DNA of 64,000 nt from Eledone cirrhosa (Eukaryota), in assembly GCA_964016885.1 (NCBI GenBank), contig OZ024741.1, positions 170,004,001 through 170,068,000 of the forward strand. Reading direction: 5' to 3'. Under the pieces are notes generated by a model. It worked only from the letters and a program-made list of their open reading frames with translations, was not told the origin of the DNA and did no database searches. Both the position numbers and the translations under genes were made by a program. This document shows positions 49,096-62,423 of this stretch, piece after piece (the first letter of the stretch is position 1; every line of letters starts with the position of its first letter).

Positions 49096-50370
49096 AGCAA
49101 CCGTTGTCAGTACGAATGCCCCTGGGGGCTAAATCCCTTTTCTGCAAGTACTTGATGACAGCAAGTTGCCAAATTTTGTCCATTTGCAAGAAAAGTCACT
49201 ACTAGTTACTTTTGAAGTCTTCTGTGAACAGTCTGATATCAGTTTACTCTGAGAGAAACAATGCTGTCATTAATAAGAAGACTTGAAATTAATGCATGCA
49301 TGGTTTCACAGCTCTAGCATTACACCTTCACAGTCAGCCTACCCTCATATATATATATACAAAGAAGTTATTTAATTTTGCTATACATACTAGTATTGAA
49401 AATCAAGTCTAAAAGATAATACTTCACTGGTTACCAAATACTCAATTATCAAAATGCTATTAACTCCGTACCCCAGTGCACTGCTTATCCTCTCATCTTG
49501 TCTTCGAAAATTACTATAGTAGGTTATGATTTTCAAAATTAGCCAAATAACTTCTCTAACACAGAACCAATCATAAAACAACTTCATTTCTTTTCCGAGC
49601 ACTCAACTGCCTTATATCATGTCTTTGACGAATCACGATCTAATGAAACACGTAATGTTTTCGCTTTGTTTTGCAGCCCTACAAAGACTCCTGCCTGAGC
49701 CACGCTATTACTGCGAACATTAATCTCGAAACATTCAAGCTGAATACCAACTGCATTAATCTAAAGAGCAGTCAAGAACCACTTGCAAATTCATGGTACT
49801 TCCTTATTTCATTGGATAACGTCATTGTACTCTTTTATAAACGCCATGATTCTTTATATAATCGTTCTATTCCTTTTCTCTTCTCTATTAACTAACATAT
49901 AAAATCATGATATTTTCAATTACTCCAGTAGTTAATTTGTAAACGTCACAGATTCTTTAGTGTCTTCCTAATGTATAAATGTAATTAGATGCTGCTCTCC
50001 ATAACTATTTCTTTTCCTACAGTGTCTAACGTATATTTTCCCTAAGCCCTTTCCGTTCTAGTGGCTCAATTATAACATGCCTCAGTGGCTCACCTATATC
50101 AAAATCTGCATGGTTTGTGCATATGGTATGTTATTTCTATTTCCTGCTTATAATTATAAAACGAGAGGTGATACAGCAGTCATCGTTCCAACATATTTGA
50201 GTCTGTTTTATCTAGTTTGCTTTTACTCTGAATTACATGGACGGCATTATGCAGATAAATTGAAGGCTTTGTTTCCCAATGTTTTTTAAAGATAAAACTG
50301 TTGATTTCTTGTGGTTGTATATATTCCATGATTAATTCCGAATCGTGGATGTACACTCTGATGCAGACAG

Positions 50371-50401
<31 letters not shown>

Positions 50402-50411
50402 CATACACAGC

Positions 50412-50464
<53 letters not shown>

Positions 50465-50847
50465 GTGTGTGTATGTGTGTGTGTAAGTGTATAATACACA
50501 GACACATACATATATATATGTGTGTTTGGAAGATGATAAGAACGACATTTCTGCTGGTTGGTTGGTATTCTGTAATGATCAGATGTTTTACAACGTACCC
50601 CCCCCCCCCCCCACACACACAACACACACACACATATATATACACGTATGTTTGTTTAGAGAGAGACATATATACATATGAATTATTGATAGGTACTTAT
50701 ATGTACATCATGCTGTAAATAGAAACTGTAGACAGTGGGCCTGAATAAAGTGAATTTTCAACAAAAGAAATTATCACTAAGAGACAATATGTAAATATAC
50801 TCTGACAAATTATCAAATCCACTTATATCCACACATACAAACATAAG

Positions 50848-50927
<80 letters not shown>
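50848..50927. repeat. (TATC)n target microsatellite
   Basis: Direct reading. Confidence 0.95.
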
Positions 50928-50932
<5 letters not shown>

Positions 50933-53900
50933 GTCTGACGTGTGGAATATCGCCGGTAAGTTTTTTGTTGATTTCTATGCAAAAAACCGATCTAATTGTT
51001 TAAAAAAAATACAACACTTTGTAGATTAACCCCCAAGCTGAATTGTCAGCTGGGTGGTAATCCCATTTTTCGCCCCTGTAGGGGCGAAAATTTTATTTAA
51101 AAAAAAAATTGTTTTAAAATATCATATTTTACAAAGTAAAAAAACTTTAGCAACACTAGAACGCTGGAGAACGTTAATAGAGAAAAGAGAGAGAAAGAGG
51201 CAGATATTAACGTTATATATGCTTCTGCTGCTATGGACGTTGCCATAGATACTGTCACAAAAGAAAAAAATATATCAACATTTGAAAATGTTACAATTTC
51301 TACCACCGAAGCGGAGAAAAATGACAATAACACACGGGAAGACACGGCAAAAAAACCCATTGACATACATACACATGAAAAAGACATCAACAACTCTACA
51401 GATACATCTACACATAAAATTTCCAACAACGATAACATCATTATCAACAACAACATCACACAAAAAAAGAAAATGTCTTTCACTGACACAGTCAACAAGA
51501 AACAAGATTTTATAAATCTTGATATCTCCAACGCAAGAGATATGCTCCAGCAAGGGAGAAAATTTGTAACTTTCGAAGAAAGAGGTGGGTTTAGAATTAA
51601 CTCACCCCTTGAAATAAAGGAAGACACAAACCGCCGATCAGTCACTTTTAGGACTGTGTCAAATTCGTCAAGAAAACCGACATTTGTTAATCAGTCAGAT
51701 ATAGAAGATTCTTTCAAGGAGATTCTAGCAAATGTCGATTTTCTCCAGCGAGGAAAACAGTACGGAAGTGTTTCCGTACTGTTTAAAAGCGAGGCACTGG
51801 CCCCAAAAAACTCTGTGACACCAATAGTGTCAAAAGCATACACCTGTTTCCCTACATACATGGGGAAAAGGACACAAAAAATAAAAATAAAAAACATACC
51901 TCCAAGCATTAACATCTGGTGGATCTTGGCTGGCTTCGTAGAGCCAGAAACAGACATAATACTTTCGATACGAAAATCCATTCGACAGAGGTGGGCGGGT
52001 ACCGATTTGGAGATTCTGTTGCAAATGAAACCGGAGAGAATCTCCAAAATACCCGAAAGAGTCGTTATTGATAATAACAACAAAATAAACATTTCGGTAG
52101 AAGGACGAAAATTTCACTGCTTTCGCTGTGGTAGCACATCTCACCTAAAAGCTCTTGTCCACAAACACACAACAACAACATCATAAAAAAACGCTATTAC
52201 CAACACCAACACCAAAACAACCACCACCACCACCACAAGTACAACGACAGACGAAACGAGCAACCACACCAAAACAAACAGACACTCAACCAACAACAAC
52301 AGAAAAAACAGAGACAACATCCCTGAAGAACACATCCCCACTCCATCCCACTCCATCAAACACTACCACAAACACACATACCGAAACACCACCACCACCA
52401 CACAACATACCCTTACCCCACACACCTGACGATGATTATTCATCGACGGATGAAGCTGCTTCTCCTTCTTTAAGTGAAGAAGAGGGAGAACCGCGGAAAT
52501 CCAAAAAACAAAAAAAAGAGACACCACAAAACCCCCAAAACTCCAATCACCAACACCAACACACAACCACAGACACAAACAACAACACAAACAACACCAC
52601 AGTCAAACATCCCCCTATCAGCAAAACCAGCACCAACACCACCCCAAACACAAGCACCCACCATAAAAAGAAAACTCCCGGATGAACAACAAACTAAAAC
52701 AATACAACAAAAACACAAACAACAATACGCATACATCAACACAAACAACAAGAGTTTGATGGAGGTCATCTCCCAAAACCCCAAGGTGGAGACGGAGGGC
52801 AAAACTTTCGTCAAGGCAGAATCGTCTCCACACCTTAAACTTATAAGGGTTTCTATGGAAACCTATAAAGACCTGAAAATTAAATTTTCACAGGACGTGG
52901 GCAACCCCTGCCACAAACCCATCAACCGCGTCCTGTTGAAAGGTTTCCCCACCCCACCCAACACCCCATCCAGCACCCAAATGGAGATTGAACAACCCGA
53001 TCTCCAGGAAACGAAAAGGTAAGTGCACCTTTCGTCCTTTTTCTCCAACTTTTCTTCACCAACATGGCTGGTTTACGAGTTGGAACCGTGAATGTGCGTG
53101 GCCTAGGGATGTCCTGGAAACAGGGCCAACTTTTAAACGACCTTAGGTCACACAGTATGGATGTGATAGCCATCACCGAGTCCAGAATCCACAACAGGCA
53201 GCAACTAACCCCCATCTTCGACGACTTTGAGATCTACGCGTCTCTCTGTCAGCCAGGAGGTGGAGGTGGAGTGGCTGTTATGTTTCGGAAGAACCTGGAC
53301 GCCGGAGTACAGCAAGTACACTTGGACCCGGAGGGTAGACTGGTAGTCCTAGACGTGAACAGTATCGGGGGTGGAGCCTTCAGACTGGTGGCCGTTTATG
53401 CCCCGACCGGGCAATCGCAATCACGGCCAGACTTCTTTAAGCGTCTAGAGTCTTTTCTGGGAACGTCTCGCTCCTTACTTTTAGTGGGGGACTGGAATGG
53501 TATCCTAGATGCACGATGGGACTATGTGGGAGCATGTCCCAGTAGAGCGGGGTGCAACAGCCTCAAAACTTTAATCGGCCAATTCCAACTGGCCGATAGG
53601 TATCGACTGAATTTCCCGACTGCACCACAGTGGACGTGGGTAAACCGCAGTGGGACATCTAGATCGTATTTAGATAGGTTCTTCATTAGAGAAAGGGACA
53701 AGGATATGTTAAGCTGTCCACGAATGCACATGGTTGCCTATTCAGATCACAAGTTAGTCGTCTGCTTAGTCAACCGTGATAGAATACATAGACAGGGTCC
53801 CGGATACTGGAAGCTGAACGTGTCGTTGCCGGCACGTAAAGCTTACAGTGAACGGATAAGTAGACTAGTCAAGCAACAGTTAACGGGAGCCATCGTCAAC

Positions 53901-56718
53901 AATAGATGGTGGTACTCTCTCAAGAAAGCAATTAGAATAGAATCGATAGGGTATAGCAGAGAGTTAGCCTTAAAGAAAAACAGAATAGAAAGAGAACTAG
54001 TAGCCAAGGTAGAGGAGGCACTTAGAAGTGGCAACGCGGCTAGAGTGTTAGCGTCGAGAACGGCACTGGACCAGTTCTTCGATGCGAAACACGAAGGCTG
54101 CGTGGTCAGAAGCAAAACACGTGCTCTAGGAAACGAAGGAGCGAAAGCTGTCAGCTGGGCCCGAGTGGCGGAGGCAAAAAGTGGCAACAAGTCCACGATT
54201 CGGTCTTTGAAAGACCAAAACGGACGCGTGCTACTTGACCCCAAGCAAATGTGCGCGGCCTTTCAGCAGGACTTTGCGCGACTGTTTGAGCTGAACGACG
54301 GTGAGCCGAACGGGGCAATGGACTTTAGTTCATACCTCGACGGCCTTCCGCGTCTCTCGAACACGGACGCCGAGTTCTGCGAAAGACCGATCACGGACAC
54401 TGAGATACGGGACGATCTGGGCTGCTGCGGGAAACGCAAGTCACCCGGTCTAGATGGTCTACCCTACGAATTTTACATAGGCATGCCGGACTTGTTCTCT
54501 GGCGTCCTCGAAGCCAGGAGAATTCCCAGTTCTGCAGGCAAGGGCGTAGTAACGCTGATCAGGAAAAACGAGAACAAGGGGGACGAAATTAACAACTTCA
54601 GGCCCATAACTCTGCTCAACACAGAGTTAAAGATTTGGCCAAGGTGCTAGCGACGAGGTTGGCGCTTGTCGTCGAGAACCTGGTAGGGAAAGCGCAAACG
54701 TGTGCAATCCCGACCAGGTCCATACACGACAACCTCCACCTCATGCGATACATCATAGAGAGGGTGGGTAGTAAACCCGGCTTCGGTGGGGCTCTGATCA
54801 ACTTGGATCAGTCTAAGGCATTCGATAGGGTCGACCATCGATACTTGGAAGCGGTTCTCAAGGCGGCCGGTTTCGGTCCCGTGTTCAGAGGATGGATCGA
54901 GGCGATGCACACCAGCATCTGCTCGAGGGTCAAGGTGAACGGCTACCTATCGGAGCCGTTCGCAATCACGCGTTCCATTCGACAGGGATGCCCTCTCTCC
55001 TCCATTCTGTATGTATTGACTCTAGAGCCACTACTGCGGAAATTGGAGCTGTTGCAGGGCATCCCCTTAGAACCGGGACTGCGCAAAGCGGCGTCGTCTT
55101 ATGCCGACGACGTGACATTAATGGTGTCGAGCACCTCGGAAATCGAGGTGATCGGCAACATACTGAAAGAATACGAAACGCTGACGGGAGCAAAACTAAA
55201 CCCAGACAAGTCTGTCGGTTTGCAACTCGGTACGTGGAGAGGCAAACCGATGACATCCGACAGCGTCGTTGGACGCTGGACGGACGGACCGGTGAAATTG
55301 CTCGGGGTCTGGTTCGGTCCAGACCTCCAGGTGGAGAAAAACTGGAACGAGGTCACGGCCAAGGTGTTTGCACTCACTCAGAAGTGGGCAGAGTGCTAAC
55401 TGTCCTTGAAAGGTCGAGCGGAGGTGGCGAACACTTTTATAGCGTCCGTCATCTACTACCGCTTGACTGTCGTGCCTTGTCCCCGTGAACACCTCGCCAA
55501 GATGGAACGCATGCTCTTCCAGTTTCTGTGGTAGAAGCAGGCTCCGCTGGTGAGGAGATCCGTCTGCTGTCAGCACCCTTCCAACGGAGGGCTGGGAATG
55601 CCGTGGCTGATGATGCGCAAACATGCGCTGAGGCTGCGGCATCTCCAGGTATTCCTCACCGACCCCCAACCGGTGTGGGCACCGTTTGTGAGACAGGCTT
55701 TCCCACAGCTCGTCTCGCTAACGGAGCTGCAGTCCTGGGTGAAGAAAAGACCGAAAACGATGGGCGCCTGGCACATTGAATGCGCTCAGGAGCTCACAGT
55801 CCTCTGGCAAGCGGGCGCAGCAATCAGTGGAGACTCCACTTCGACATTCTATAGAGGGATTGTACGTTACAAGGGCGACGGCGTGCTCGGAGAGACTCTG
55901 GGCGTCGAAGACGATGAGCTCACCAGTCTGTTTGGTAGGACTTTCCGCCCGGGACCTATGGACAACTTCCAGAGGTCCCTGGCCTGGCAGTGCTACCGAG
56001 GAGCTCTACCGGTTCGTGACAAGATCTACAGGCACGGACGCCCTGGCAGGGATCCTGCCAAGAGGACGTGTCCAAGATGTGCGCAGGACATTGAAACAGT
56101 TCTGCACGCAATTGTACACTGCCCGGGCGTAAGCGACCTGTGGAACTATGCAGAACAACTGCTGTCGCGTATGGGACAAATACAGTTGACTGCCGAGTCC
56201 ATAGTAAGGATCAAACCGCCAGAATCTTTCAAAAACGAAAGAGAGGCGGTTTTCCTCTGTACGGTGGCTATGGTGAAAGAAGTTATATGGTGGACGAGGT
56301 TGAGAGGACTGAGGACAGATGCCTTTCTCTCCGGACAACAATTGATGCCCTTCTTTAAGTATCACTTTAGAAGGAGAATCAGGGTGGAGAGAGAGGCACT
56401 GCACCCCAGTAAATTTACTGATAGGTGGGTGAATGAAGCGAAAATGGCCCGAGTGATTGGGCCTTCTCTGTTTATAAGCCTGTAGGTTGAGGAAGAGAGC
56501 AAAAGGAAGAAAGGAGCACTTGCACAACACGCCCCTCGAGTTGAGGGTTGTTCTATCGACGGGGTATTAAACAACCCATTTGTGGAGCCTCCCCCCTATT
56601 GGGGATTTCGATTGTTGAAATTGTTTGTTTTTATATTTTTTACACGACTGTATGTAAAATCCCCGGCATGTCTTTGTATTGTCCCCTTTCTTGTTGCGCC
56701 CTTGTGGCTAATAAAGAA

Positions 56719-56720
<2 letters not shown>
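50928..56720 (+). mobile_element. Tx1/L1-clade LINE family B, copy 1 (full length, disrupted), in (TATC)n
   Basis: ORF1 51233-53022 (frameshifted after CFRCGSTSH), ORF2 53064-56485 (APE, RT YADD, CPRC) with stops and a deletion; ends aataaagaaatc(tatc)n. Confidence 0.9.
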
Positions 56721-56810
<90 letters not shown>

Positions 56811-59800
56811 CTCTTGCTAGCTGGACGCACACAATTTTGCTGGTAAGTTTCTGTCAATTTATTTACAAAAAAACAGAAATTCTTGTTTAAAAAAACACAT
56901 TGTTAGGCTGAATTGTCAACTGGGTGGCAAACTCATTTTTCGCCCCCACGGGGGCGAAAATTTAATTTGAAATTAATTTCGAAACTGTTAAACATGTTTA
57001 ATATTTAGCCATCAGCCCTGGCAAGCGTACAAAGAACGCTAACGAACGTTGAAGAAGGAACAAGAAAAGAAGAAATAGACTTTAACGTTGCTAAGAACTT
57101 TGCCTGTATCGATGCAGTTGACAACAAAGTTTTGTGTAACGAAAGTGAAGTAGACAACACAAACAAAATTGAACCACACAGTGTACAACAGACACCAAAA
57201 ACAACAGAAAAAAACAATTGACACAATTACAAACGGAAAACCCGACAACCACAACAACAACAACAATAACACGAAACAAAATAACTTTTACAAAAACAGT
57301 CACAAATAATAATAACGTTACCTCTAACTCCGCATGTATGGATAACAAAAATAAAAACAAGATCGAACCACACATACCACCAAATATTAATATTTGGTGG
57401 ATATTGGCAGGATTTATAGAGGAGAGAAAAAGACACCATTCTCTCCATCAAAACGTCAACCAGACACACCTGGTCTGGTACAAATTTGGAGATTCTGGTG
57501 CAAATGAGCACGGAAATAATCTCCAAATACCAGAAAAAGTGCTGGTGCACAACAACAGACACATAAACATTTCGGTGGAGGGATGAAACGACATTGCTTT
57601 CGTTGCAATAGAACCACACACCTAAAGGCCTCCTGCCCTTTACAAACATGCTGAACGAAAACAATACAAAAGAAAACACTGTTACCAACACCAACACCAA
57701 AACAACCAACACCAAAACAACCAACACCACAACAACAACAACTCACGAAACAGGCAAACACACCAAAACAAACAGCCACTCAACCAACAACAACAGAAAA
57801 AACAGAGACAACACCCCTGAAGAACACAGCCCACCTCATCCCACTCCATCAAACACTACCACAAACACACACACCGAAACACCACCATCACACAACATAC
57901 CCCTACCCTACACACCTGGCGATAATTATTCATCAACAGGAGAGGCTGCTTCTCCTCCTTTAAGTGAAGAAGAAGGAGAGCCTCGGAAATATAAAAAGCA
58001 AAAAAAGAGACACCACAAAACCCCCAAGACTCCAATCACCAACACCAACACACAACCACAGACACAAACAACAACACAAAAAACACCACAGTAAATCATC
58101 CCCCTACCAGAAAACCAACACCACCCCAAACTCAAGTACCCACCATAAAAAGAAAACTCCCGGACGAACAACAAACAAAACAACACAACAAAAACACAAA
58201 CAACAATACTCATACATCAACACAAACAACAAGAGTTTGATGGAGGTCATCTCCCAAAACCCCAAGGTGGAGACGGAGGGCAAAACTTTCGTCAAAGCAA
58301 AATCGTCTCCACACCTTAAACTTATAAGGGTTTCTATGGAGACCTATAATGAAAATATATTTTTGCAAGACGTTGGCAACCCCAGCCAGAAACCCATCAA
58401 CCGCGTCCTGTTAAAATATTTGCCCACCCCACCCAGCACCCCATCCAGCACCCAAATGGAGATTGAACAACCCGATCTCCAGGAAACAAAAAGGTAAGTG
58501 CACCTTTTCGTCCTTTTTCTCCAACTCTTCTTCACCAACATGGCTAGTTTACGAGTTGGAAGCGTGAATGTGCGTGGCCTAGGGATGCCCTGGAAACAAG
58601 CCCAACTTTTAAACGACCTTAGGTCACACGGTATGGATGTGATAGCCATCACCGAGTCCAGGATCCACAACAGGCAGCAACTAACCCCCATCTTCGACGA
58701 CTTTGAGATCTACGCATCTCTCTGTCAACCAGGATGTGCAGGGGGAGTGGCTGTCATGTTTCGGAAGAACCTGGACGTCGAAGTACAGCAAGTACACTTG
58801 GACCCGGAGGGTAGACTGGTAGCCCTAGACGTGAACAATATTGGAGGTGGAGCCTTCAGACTGGTGGCCGTTTATGCCCCGACCGGGCAATCGCAATCAC
58901 GGCCAGACTTCTTTAAGCGTCTAGAGTCTTTTCTGGGAACGTCTCGCTCCTTACTTTTAGTGGGGGACTGGAATGGTATCCTAGATGCACGATGGGACTA
59001 TGTGGGAGCATGTCCCAGTAGAGGGGGGGGGGGTGCAACAGCTTCAAAACTTTAATCGGCCAATTCCAATTGGCTTAGTCAACCGTGATAGAACACATAG
59101 ACAGGGACCCGGATACTGGAAGCTGAACGTGTCATTGCCGGCACGTAAAGCTTACAGTGAACGGATAAGTAGACTAGTCAAGCAACAATTAACGGGAGCC
59201 ATCGTCAACAATAAATGGCGGTACTCTCTCAAGAAACCAATTAGAATAGAATCCATAGAGTTTAGCAGAGAGTTAGCCATAGAGAAAAAAAAAAATAGAA
59301 AGAGAACTAGTAGCACTTAGAAGTGGCAACGCGGCTAGAGTGTTAGCGTGGAGAACGGCACTGGATGCGAAACACGAAGGCTGCGTGGTCAGAAGCAAAA
59401 AACGTGCTCTAGGTTGGCGCTTGTCGTCGAGAACCTGGTAGGAAAAGCGCAAACGTGTGCAATCCCGACCAGGTCCATACACGACAACCTCCACCTCACG
59501 CGATACATCATAGAGAGGGTGGGTAGTAAACCCGGCTTCGGTGGGGCGCTGTCAATTTGGATCAGTCTAAGGCATTCGATATTGTCGACCATCGATACTT
59601 GGAAGCGGTTCTCAAGGCGGCCGGTTTCGGTCCCGTTTTCAGAGGTTGGATCGAGGCGATGCCCACCATCATCTGCTCGACGGTGAACGGCTACCTAATC
59701 ACGCGTTCCATTCGACAGGGATGCCCTCTCTCCTCTATTTTGTATGTATGGACACAAGAGCCACTACTGCGGAAATTGGAGCTGTTGCAGATCATCCCTC

Positions 59801-61450
59801 TCGAACCGGGACTGCAGAAAGCGGCTTATGCCGACGACGTGACGGTAATGGTGTAGAGCACCTTGGGAATCGGGGTGATCGGCAACTTACTGAAAGAATT
59901 CGAAACGCTGTCGAGAGCAAAACTAAACCCGGACAAGTCTGTCGGTTTGCAACTCGGTACGTGGAGAGGCAAACCGATGACGTCCGACAGCATCGTTGGA
60001 CGCTGGACGGACGGACCGGTGAAATTGCTTGGAGTCTGGTTCGATCCAGACCTCCAGGTGGAGAAAAACTGGAACGAGGTCACGGCCAAGGTGTTTGCGC
60101 TCACCCAGAAGTGGGCAGAGTGTAAACTGTCCTTGAAAGGTCGAGCGGAGGTGGCGAACACTTTTATAGCGTCCGTTATCTACTACCGCTTGACTGTCGT
60201 GCCTTGTGCCCGTGAACACCTCACCAAGATGGAACGCATGCTCTTCCAGTTTCTGTGAAAGAGGCAGGCTCTGCTGGTAAGGAGATCAGTCTGCTGTCAG
60301 CACCCTTCCAACGGAGGGCTGGGAATGCCGTGGCTGATGATGCGCAAACATGCGCTGAGGCTGCGGCATCTCCAGTTATTCCTCACCGACCCCCAACCGG
60401 TGTGGGCAACGTTCGTGAGACTGGCTTTCCCACAGCTCGTCTTGCTGACGGAGCTGCAGTCCTGAGTCAAGAAAAGATCGAAAACGATGGGCGCCTGGCA
60501 CATTGAATGCGCTCAGGCGCTCACAGTCATCTGATTAGCCGGCGCAGCAATCAGTGGAGACTCCACTTCGACATTCTATAGAGGGATTGTACGTTACAAG
60601 GGCGACGACGTGCTCGGAGAGATCCTGGGCCTCGAAGACGATGAGCTCACCAGTCTGTTTGGTATGACTTTCCGCCCGGGACCTATAGACAACTTCCAGA
60701 GGTCCTTGGCCTGGCAGTGCTACCGAGGAGCTCTACCGGTTCGTGACAAGATCTACAGGCACGGACGCCCCGGCAGGGATCCTGCCAAGAGTACGTGTCC
60801 AAGATGCGCGCAGGACATTGAAACAGTCCTGCACGCAATTGTACACTGCCCGGGCGTAACCGACCTGTGGAACTATGCAGAACAACTGCTGTCGCGTATG
60901 GGACAAATCCAGTTGACGGCCGAGTAAGGATCAAACCGCCAGCCTCTTTCAAAAACGAAAGAGAGTCGGTTTTCCTCTGTACAGTGGCTATGGTGAAAGA
61001 AGTTATATGGTGGACGAGATTGAGAGGACTGAGGACAGATGCCTTTCTCTCCGGACAACAATTGATGCCCTTCTTTAAGTATCACTTTAGAAGGAGAATC
61101 AGTGTGGAGAGAGAAGCACTGCACCCCAGCAAATTTACTGAAAGTTGGGCGAATGAAGCGAAAATGGCCCGAGGGATTGGGCCTTCTCTGTTTATAAGCC
61201 TGTAGATTAAAGAAGAGAGCAAAAGGAAGAAAGGGGCACTTGCACATCACGCTCCTGGAGTTGAGGGTTGTTCTATCGTTCTATCGACGGGGTATTAAAC
61301 AACCCATTTGTGGTGCTTCCCCCCTATTGGAGATTTCAATTTTTGTAATTATTTGTTTTATATTTTTTTACACGACTGTATGTAAAACCCCCGGCATGTC
61401 TTTGTATTGTCCCCTTTTCTTGTGCGCCCTTGTGGCAAATAAAGAAATCT
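56811..61450 (+). mobile_element. Tx1 family B, copy 2 (tandem, more decayed, internal deletions)
   Basis: Highly similar to copy 1 from ~57370 on; deletions near 59070 and 59408; separated from copy 1 by (CTAT)n 56719-56810. Confidence 0.9.
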
Positions 61451-61482
61451 ATCTATCTGTCTATCTCTCTATATATATACTT

Positions 61483-61898
61483 AATATACATCTTAAAGTT
61501 CATTATCCTATATGTGTAAGAAATCAAGTGAGTTGCTACCTACATACATCAGTAAGCACTTTTATATGTTCGTGTGTGTATATGTTTGTGTCTGTGTGTG
61601 TGCGTGCACACGTCTGTATCTGTGTGTAACTGTATGTATGTATCTATATGTGTAAGAAATCTAGTAAGTTGCTACCTACATACATCAGTAAACACTTTTA
61701 TATGTTTGTGTGTGTATATGTTTGTGTCTGTGTGTGTGTGCGTGCACGCGTCTGTATCTGTGTGTAACTGTATGTGTGTAACTGTATGTATGTAAAAAAG
61801 TGTTTATATTTGTTGAGATTCTTGTTTACCGATGTATATAGGTTGCAACTCAATCGATTTCTTACACATATAGGATAATGAACTTTGAGATGTATATT
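61483..61898. repeat. 43-bp inverted repeats enclosing a ~137-bp tandem duplication
   Basis: aatatacatcttaaagttcattatcctatatgtgtaagaaatc / gatttcttacacatataggataatgaactttgagatgtatatt; duplicated units about 61510-61645 and 61647-61795. Confidence 0.8.
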
Positions 61899-61936
61899 AC
61901 GTATATATATATATGTATGTGAGTGTATATATATAT

Positions 61937-62026
<90 letters not shown>

Positions 62027-62423
62027 AAATGTTTGACCCTAACGGCAGAGCGAACTTTTAGCGCGGTAAATAAATAACCAAACTTTTCAAGGGGTAATTC
62101 CTTATATGGGAAGATTGTAGTTGTCAAGAGGATTGGTCAACATTTCTTGTAAACACAATTAAGTCTTTCATGGCAGAGGGTGGGGGGTAGGGGTGGCTGA
62201 ACTTGCCTGTAGAACAATGAGGGAGTGGGTGGAGCCGGTCAAGCGTTGAAAGTGAATTCTATACACCAAATTCTAAGGATTGTGTATGGAAATAAGCTAG
62301 ATAGGAAGCAGGTGAAAAAGGATTCTGGAGAAAATATACAGGGGACGTTATAGAATAGGTAAATAAATTGAGATTAGAAGATAATAAATAAATAAAAAAT
62401 ATATAAAAATATGAAATTGGATA

